In this document: in pieces, positions 58,066-64,000 of the stretch
Position numbering within the stretch: position 1 is the stretch's first letter
Layout of the letters: the number at the start of each line of letters is the position of its first letter
From: Bdellovibrio sp.
Lineage (GTDB): Bacteria > Bdellovibrionota > Bdellovibrionia > Bdellovibrionales > Bdellovibrionaceae
Direction: 5' to 3'
NCBI GenBank assembly: GCA_036677065.1
Contig: JAKFBS010000003.1
Span: 256,001-320,000 of the forward strand
DNA length: 64,000 nt
Made by a program: the position numbers and the translations under genes
Notes under the pieces: generated by a model
The model's input: only the letters and a program-made list of their open reading frames with translations
Databases searched by the model: none
What the model was told of the DNA's origin: nothing

Positions 58066-59352
58066 ATGAGTGCTTCAAAATATTCTGGACCAGTTCTAGC
58101 GTCTCTAGACATTGGATCTTCAGCTGTAAAGCTAGTGATGTCTCACGTGACTCTGAATGAAAAAAACGAAACTAATATCGAAGTTACAGGCGTTGGCTTT
58201 GTTCCTAATTCTGGAATCAAGCAAGGCGTAGTCGTTAATATCGAAGCAACGACTGAATGTATTCGCAGAGCGAAAGAAGAAGCTGAATTAATGTCGGGAA
58301 CTAAAGTTTCTGACGTATGGGTTTCTGTTTCTGGTTCTCATATCCAGTCTTTTGATTCAAAAGGCATGGTTGCTGTAAAAAATAAAGAAGTTAACCAGCA
58401 AGATATCGACCGCGTAATCGAAGCTGCAAAAGCAATTATGATTCCGGCAGATCGCATGGTTATGCACGTGTTACCACGTGAATTCAAAATCGACCAACAA
58501 GACGGTATCTCTGACCCAATCGGCATGATGGGTGTACGTTTAGAAGCCAATGTTCATATCGTAACAGCGTCTCAATCGGCAATTTCAAATTTAACAAAAT
58601 GTATCGAAAAAGCAGGGCTACGCGTAGCGGGTCTTGTGATGGATCAAGTGGCTGTTACAAAATCTGTGATCAGCGCTGATGAAAAAAACCTTGGTGTTTG
58701 CGTAGCTGATATCGGCGGCGGCACTTGTAAAATGGTTTATTTAATGAACGGCTCTGTGGCTCACACTTCAATGTTACCGGTTGGTGGCATGCACTTTACT
58801 CACGATGTGGCTGTAGGTCTTCGCACGCCGCAAGTATCAGCAGAAATTTTAAAGAAAAAACACGGCTGCGCACTGGCTACTTTAGTTGATGACCATGAAT
58901 CGATTGAAGTTGATGGCGTTGGCGGACGCAAGTCGCGCACGGTTCCGCGCAAAGAATTATCTCACATTTTAGAAGCTCGCGCTGAAGAAGTTTTAAATAT
59001 GATCGCTCACGATATTAAAATGAGCGGACTTCAGCCGTTATTAGGTTCTGGATTAGTGATCACAGGCGGATCAAGCCAATTAGATGGCATGGTTGAAATG
59101 GGAGAATTTATTTTCGATCTTCCACTTCGCCGCGGTTACCCAGCCTTAGTTGGCGGATTAAAAGATGTTGTTAAAGGTGGCGAGTTTGCAACCGCTATCG
59201 GTTTATTGTTTCACGCCTTAGAAACTAAGAAAGATTATTACGCGCAAACGCCGCAGGATCTTTCAACAACGTCATTATTTGGCGAAGCGATGTCAGATTC
59301 GATTAACGATGTGACATCAAAAATGAAAAAGTTTTTTACAGAATTATTTTAA
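58066..59352 (+). CDS. ftsA: Cell division protein FtsA
   Basis: LDIGSS, DIGGGT, VITGGSS; ATG 58066 after GAGG. Confidence 0.97.
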   Translation: MSASKYSGPVLASLDIGSSAVKLVMSHVTLNEKNETNIEVTGVGFVPNSGIKQGVVVNIEATTECIRRAKEEAELMSGTKVSDVWVSVSGSHIQSFDSKGMVAVKNKEVNQQDIDRVIEAAKAIMIPADRMVMHVLPREFKIDQQDGISDPIGMMGVRLEANVHIVTASQSAISNLTKCIEKAGLRVAGLVMDQVAVTKSVISADEKNLGVCVADIGGGTCKMVYLMNGSVAHTSMLPVGGMHFTHDVAVGLRTPQVSAEILKKKHGCALATLVDDHESIEVDGVGGRKSRTVPRKELSHILEARAEEVLNMIAHDIKMSGLQPLLGSGLVITGGSSQLDGMVEMGEFIFDLPLRRGYPALVGGLKDVVKGGEFATAIGLLFHALETKKDYYAQTPQDLSTTSLFGEAMSDSINDVTSKMKKFFTELF

Positions 59353-59394
59353 TAAGTTTTTTAAAGGGAATTTTAAATCTCGGGAGGAACCCAC

Positions 59395-61032
59395 ATGTTT
59401 GAATTAGAAGAAAACGTAAATATCGGTGCTAATATTAAAGTTGTCGGCGTCGGCGGCGGCGGATCGAATGCAGTAACTACAATGATCGAAGGCGGAATGG
59501 CCGGAGTTGAATTCGTAGTCGCAAATACAGATATCCAGGCTTTGAACTCTAGTAAAGCTGGATACAAAATCCAACTTGGTGCAGATCTTACAAAAGGTTT
59601 AGGCGCTGGTGCAAATCCAGATGTCGGACGTAGATCAGCGATTGAATCTTATAACCATATCGTAGAGCAACTTAAAGGATCAGACATGGTTTTCGTTACT
59701 GCCGGAATGGGCGGGGGAACAGGTACCGGAGGGGCTCCTGTTGTTGCGAAAATCGCGCGCGAACTTGGTGCTCTTACAATTGGTGTAGTCACTAAACCTT
59801 TCGTATTCGAAGGTAAAAAACGTACAAAACACGCTGAAGGCGGCTTATCTGAATTAAAAGATAATGTTGATGCGTTAATCGTTATCCCAAATCAAAAATT
59901 ATTATCAATTGCCGGAGATAAAACTCCGCTAGTAGATACTTTCAAAAGAGCTGATGAAGTTTTACTTCAAGCGGTTAAAGGTATTTCTGATCTAATCAAT
60001 ATCCGCGGTCTTATTAACTTAGATTTCGCTGATATCAGAACTGTTATGGCGAACAAAGGTTTAGCTTTAATGGGAACTGGTTCTGCTAAAGGTGAAAACC
60101 GTGCGATTGAAGCAGCAACTCAAGCTATTTCTTCTCCGTTATTAGAAAACGTAAGAATTGACGGTGCAACTGGCATCATCATTAACGTAACTGGTGGATC
60201 TGATCTATCATTATACGAAGTGAATGAAGCTTCTATGTTAATCACTGAAGCAGCTAGCGAAGATGCTGAAGTTATTTTTGGTGCAGTTATTGATCCAAAC
60301 TTAATCGACGAAGTTCGTGTAACTGTTATCGCTACTGGTTTTGCTCATGAAGATAAAACACAAGTTCTTCCGCAAATGAACAGCATGCAAACTTTCTTAA
60401 ATGCTGGTCCATCAATCATGTTTGATCTTCCACAACAACCAATGCAACCGGCTCAATTTGCGCAACCAATGCCGCAATTTTCTCATGCTCAGCCGCACGC
60501 ACCGATGCCACAAGCTACAAATCATGCGACTCAACAAATGCAGCAAGCGCACCAGCAAGCAGCTATGTACGCGCAAATGATGCAACAACAACAGTATGCA
60601 CAGCCGCAACAATCTATGATGATGCCGCCGCAAACCCCAGCTCCGCAGCAATCTCCGGTTTTACCGCCGATTTCTCAGGTGCAAGAAGTTGTTAATTCTT
60701 TTACTCAACCTGAAGCTCCTGTAATGGCGCAACCAGAAGTTCATGCACACGCAGAAACTAACGAAACATTCGGCCAAGATTTATCTTCGGCAATTTCACC
60801 AACTGCAACTTCGGCAGCTTCGGCTCGCGATATGTTATTAGCAAAAGCCCGCGCTTTTCGCGAAACACAACCTGCTGTAGCTGAAGAAAAAAATGTAGCT
60901 CCTGAACAATTAACTATGATGACTGAAGATCGCCAGGATCGCCAAGTTGAAGACGCCCGTAAAATGGCACGCGATATTTTGGAAGTTCCAGCTTTCATCC
61001 GTAAAAAACAAGGATTTGATCTAAACACATAG
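59395..61032 (+). CDS. ftsZ: Cell division protein FtsZ
   Basis: GGGTGTG tubulin signature, NLDFAD, C-terminal LEVPAFIRK. Confidence 0.99.
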   Translation: MFELEENVNIGANIKVVGVGGGGSNAVTTMIEGGMAGVEFVVANTDIQALNSSKAGYKIQLGADLTKGLGAGANPDVGRRSAIESYNHIVEQLKGSDMVFVTAGMGGGTGTGGAPVVAKIARELGALTIGVVTKPFVFEGKKRTKHAEGGLSELKDNVDALIVIPNQKLLSIAGDKTPLVDTFKRADEVLLQAVKGISDLINIRGLINLDFADIRTVMANKGLALMGTGSAKGENRAIEAATQAISSPLLENVRIDGATGIIINVTGGSDLSLYEVNEASMLITEAASEDAEVIFGAVIDPNLIDEVRVTVIATGFAHEDKTQVLPQMNSMQTFLNAGPSIMFDLPQQPMQPAQFAQPMPQFSHAQPHAPMPQATNHATQQMQQAHQQAAMYAQMMQQQQYAQPQQSMMMPPQTPAPQQSPVLPPISQVQEVVNSFTQPEAPVMAQPEVHAHAETNETFGQDLSSAISPTATSAASARDMLLAKARAFRETQPAVAEEKNVAPEQLTMMTEDRQDRQVEDARKMARDILEVPAFIRKKQGFDLNT

Positions 61033-61047
61033 ATCAAAAAGTAACTG

Positions 61048-61806
61048 ATGAAGCATTGGTTTATCTCTGATCTTCATATTACTGACATTAATGAGCGCAA
61101 TGGCAATTTGCTATTGCGCTTTTTCTTTTGGTTAAATGAAAACCCGGCACAACACAGTGTTTATTTCTTGGGTGATATTTTCGATTTCTGGTTATCTGAC
61201 AGTAAGGTTTTGCAAGATCATTATAAACAGTTAATTGATGAAATCCGCAAATTCAAAAATGGGGGCGGAAAATTAGTTTATTTCGAAGGTAATCATGATT
61301 TTCATATCGATCGCTTTTGGACAAATCAACTAGACGTTCCTGTTTATGAAAATGAAGCTTTTTTTACAATTGATGGCCTTAAAGTGCGCTGCGAACATGG
61401 GGATTACATCAACCCAGACGACAAAGTTTATTTAGCATACCGCGAAGGCGTCAGACGCCCTTGGGTCGAATGGTTTGCACATAATTTGCCAGGCCGTTTT
61501 TGGAAAACTTTAGGTGAAAACCACAGTAAAAAAAGCCGCAAAAAAAGCGGCAACTATGCCATGCAAAATTCTGAAAAAGTGCGCGCCATGATTCAAGCCT
61601 ATGCCATGAAAGTATTTAATACTGAGCCTTTCGATCTGATCGTCACAGGGCATATGCATGTGTTTGATGATTACACTTTTACCGCCAACGGTAAAAAAGT
61701 GCGCTCAATTAACCTGGGCACGTGGTTAGTCGAGCCTGTAGCTCTTCTTATCGACCAAGGTCAGATTCAAATCGTAAATGTGGCAAGTCTTGTAAATAAA
61801 AAATAA
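61048..61806 (+). CDS. lpxH: UDP-2,3-diacylglucosamine hydrolase LpxH-like metallophosphoesterase
   Basis: FISDLH, LGDIFDFW, GNHD, HGD, GHMH, NLGTW. Confidence 0.85.
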   Translation: MKHWFISDLHITDINERNGNLLLRFFFWLNENPAQHSVYFLGDIFDFWLSDSKVLQDHYKQLIDEIRKFKNGGGKLVYFEGNHDFHIDRFWTNQLDVPVYENEAFFTIDGLKVRCEHGDYINPDDKVYLAYREGVRRPWVEWFAHNLPGRFWKTLGENHSKKSRKKSGNYAMQNSEKVRAMIQAYAMKVFNTEPFDLIVTGHMHVFDDYTFTANGKKVRSINLGTWLVEPVALLIDQGQIQIVNVASLVNKK

Positions 61807-61879
61807 CCTATTATTGTTAAAAAACAGTTATAAATAAAAAAATCTTTAGCTATACTGAAAGCTCACTAAGGATTTTTTA

Positions 61880-62380
61880 ATGTCGACCGCTGCTCCTGCT
61901 GATACCAAAAGCTTTCTTTTCGATACAACCGTGGCAGATGCAATCACCACAGGTGTAAAAGAAACATTATACGAAATGTGCCGCCTTCCCTGTGATTTTG
62001 ACAGCAGTTTTATTGCCAACACCTGGTCTCCCATCGGTAATGGCAGTGGTCGCATTGAGTTGTTCACCGATAACCAGCGCGGAATACTGCAGCTGCATTT
62101 CACTGAAGACGCCGCTTTAACCATTATGGCTAAGCTTCTGGGTCGTTCGCCGATGTTTTTAAATGAAGATGCCTTGGATTGTATTGGCGCGCTGACAGGA
62201 ATTATTTACGGGCGTATGAAAGCGATTTTAAACCCTGCGGGATACAAGTTTTTAATGGCCTTACCTGAAATGGACTATACAGACAAGCTGAGTCGGCCAG
62301 AAGGGGATGTCAGGCATCTGATCATCCCGTTTCGGGTGCGAAGCTCAAAGTGTTATATTCAAGTGGTCTATTACGTTTAA
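61880..62380 (+). CDS. cheX: CheX-family protein (degenerate)
   Basis: CheX-like layout, but the E-x-x-N motif reads A-L-T-G (DCIGALTGIIYGRMK). Confidence 0.7.
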   Translation: MSTAAPADTKSFLFDTTVADAITTGVKETLYEMCRLPCDFDSSFIANTWSPIGNGSGRIELFTDNQRGILQLHFTEDAALTIMAKLLGRSPMFLNEDALDCIGALTGIIYGRMKAILNPAGYKFLMALPEMDYTDKLSRPEGDVRHLIIPFRVRSSKCYIQVVYYV

Positions 62381-64000
62381 GCCTGACACTCTTTAATTAA
62401 CTCTTGAGCGTGTGCGATAGATGTTTTTGTGATTTTCTCACCAGAGATTAAGCGGGCAATTTCTTCAACGCGATCTTGTTTTTTAAGTTCGCTTACAGTC
62501 ATCACAGCCTGATCTTTATGAGTCGATTTTTGAATCGAAAAGTGAACATCACCAAAAGCTGCTACTTGCGGAAGATGAGTCACACAAATCACTTGTTGGC
62601 CTTTGGCGATTTCTTTTAATTTACGACCTACTTTTTCAGCCGTAGTTCCAGAAACACCAGTATCAACTTCATCAAATAAATAAGTGCGCGGAAATTGCGA
62701 CTTACCCGCCGATTTTTTAAGAGCTAATAGAATTCTTGAAAGTTCACCACCGCTGGCAGCCTTTGATAAAGCGCGCTTAGGGTCTTTAGGCGAAGTTTGC
62801 GATAAGAACTCAACATCAGTCATGCCAGTTGAAGTTAAGTGGTCTAACTGGGCGATATGGATGTCAAAAAGCACACCTTTCATATTTAGGTCTAATAATT
62901 CCTGATTTACCCCACTCGAGAGTTTTTTCGCGTTGGTCGCGCGAGTTTTATGCATTTCAGTGGCTTGCTTTTTTAGTTCAAGTTCAAGCACAGTCGCTTG
63001 TTTTTTTAACTGTTCTAAATGTTGATCGCTATTTTCTAAAGTTTTAATCTCTGTCGCCATTTGATTAAACACATCTAATAATAATGTTAAGTCATCGCCA
63101 TGCTTTTTTTGTAATTTACGAATTTGCGACAGGCGAGATTCTTTTTCATCTAACATTTCAGGATCAGCGTCGATTTTATTTACGTACGTGCGTACGGCAT
63201 AAATCGCATCGTCAATTAAAGTGCGCGCCTGATCAAGGACTGCTACTTTTTCCTGAAGGCTTGGATCTAATTGCGCCACTTCGATGGCTTTTTTCTGAAT
63301 GGTTTTTAAACGTGATGAAATGCTGTCATCGTCTTGGTAAACCAATTGGTCACAGATATCAGCGAATTGTAATAATTTAGACGAATTTTTAAGTTTTTTG
63401 ATTTCGATCTCAAGCTGGGCATCTTCGGGTTGAAGATTCAATTTTTCAAATTCTTGAAATTGAAATTTTAAAAAATCTAAACGCTGAGCTTTGTCTTGAG
63501 CTTTGCGCTCAAAATCAGTGATCCGGTTTTTCATTTCTAACCAGTTTTGGTATTGGGCTTCAAATTGCGCGCGTTTATCCCAGTGGCCAGCGTATTGGTC
63601 TAATAAATCTAAATGGTAAGCCTTAGATAACAAATTTCTATTGTCATGTTGGCCGGTCATTTCGATCAACGGAGCCGATGGCCCGGTGACTTCGATAAGT
63701 GGAGCAACGATTTCACGTAATTGGGCAAGTGGTGATAAGACGCCATTTAAATAAACTTTAGATTTATCGCCTGCAGAAATAATACGGCGAACGATCAACT
63801 GGTTATCTTCGGCTTCAATACCTAGGGCTTCTAAGTTCTTTTTTAAATCAGGACGGTGTTTTAGGTAAAACGATCCTTCGACAGTGGCTTGCGTGCAGCC
63901 TGTGCGAATCGTGTCAGCCGAAGCTTTTTCGCCCATTAGTAAAGCTAAGCTTTTTAACAGCACTGATTTTCCAGATCCTGTTTCGCCTGATAAAATATTT
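62377..64000 (-). CDS. recN: DNA repair protein RecN (5' end outside window)
   Basis: Frame stays open to the window edge with Walker A SGETGSGKS; ASGGELSR, FDEVDTGVSG, VTHLPQVAA. Confidence 0.97.
   Translation of the reverse strand, partial: NILSGETGSGKSVLLKSLALLMGEKASADTIRTGCTQATVEGSFYLKHRPDLKKNLEALGIEAEDNQLIVRRIISAGDKSKVYLNGVLSPLAQLREIVAPLIEVTGPSAPLIEMTGQHDNRNLLSKAYHLDLLDQYAGHWDKRAQFEAQYQNWLEMKNRITDFERKAQDKAQRLDFLKFQFQEFEKLNLQPEDAQLEIEIKKLKNSSKLLQFADICDQLVYQDDDSISSRLKTIQKKAIEVAQLDPSLQEKVAVLDQARTLIDDAIYAVRTYVNKIDADPEMLDEKESRLSQIRKLQKKHGDDLTLLLDVFNQMATEIKTLENSDQHLEQLKKQATVLELELKKQATEMHKTRATNAKKLSSGVNQELLDLNMKGVLFDIHIAQLDHLTSTGMTDVEFLSQTSPKDPKRALSKAASGGELSRILLALKKSAGKSQFPRTYLFDEVDTGVSGTTAEKVGRKLKEIAKGQQVICVTHLPQVAAFGDVHFSIQKSTHKDQAVMTVSELKKQDRVEEIARLISGEKITKTSIAHAQELIKECQA

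Noticed and set aside
1..64000. CRISPR array, tRNA, rRNA or known riboswitch
   Set aside because: No regularly spaced repeats or recognisable RNA gene signatures in the short intergenic regions; by-eye check only.

Overview
AT-rich chromosomal segment (about 38-40% GC by eye) of a Bdellovibrio-like predator. The Bdellovibrionota assignment is inferred from gene content and gene order. The backbone is housekeeping: eno, ftsB, polA, fliL, engB, kdsB-pyrG-kdsD, kdsC, a 10-gene Glt/Agl gliding-motor cluster, lptC/A-lptB-rpoN-apt, ftsQ-ftsA-ftsZ-lpxH, cheX and a partial recN. Predator-type accessory loci are interspersed: (i) two trimeric fibre adhesins divergent from a FecR/beta-barrel/adenylate cyclase operon; (ii) an orphan TadA operon and a secreted cysteine-peptidase/partner pair; (iii) a SleB-like hydrolase divergent from two secreted PLD-family enzymes, a lipoprotein and a possible ADP-ribosyltransferase that abuts ftsQ. 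The most unusual item is a 781-bp HUH (RAYT-like) tyrosine transposase element at 32471-33251. It is bounded by perfect 24-bp inverted repeats and has a sigma54-type promoter. Both convergent host genes show a mirror-symmetric T-to-C synonymous shift at the ends touching the element. Several sigma28 and sigma54 promoter matches sit at a fixed, very short distance from start codons, suggesting near-leaderless mRNAs. No rRNA, tRNA or CRISPR array was seen. All calls are by-eye motif recognition; no database searches were run.
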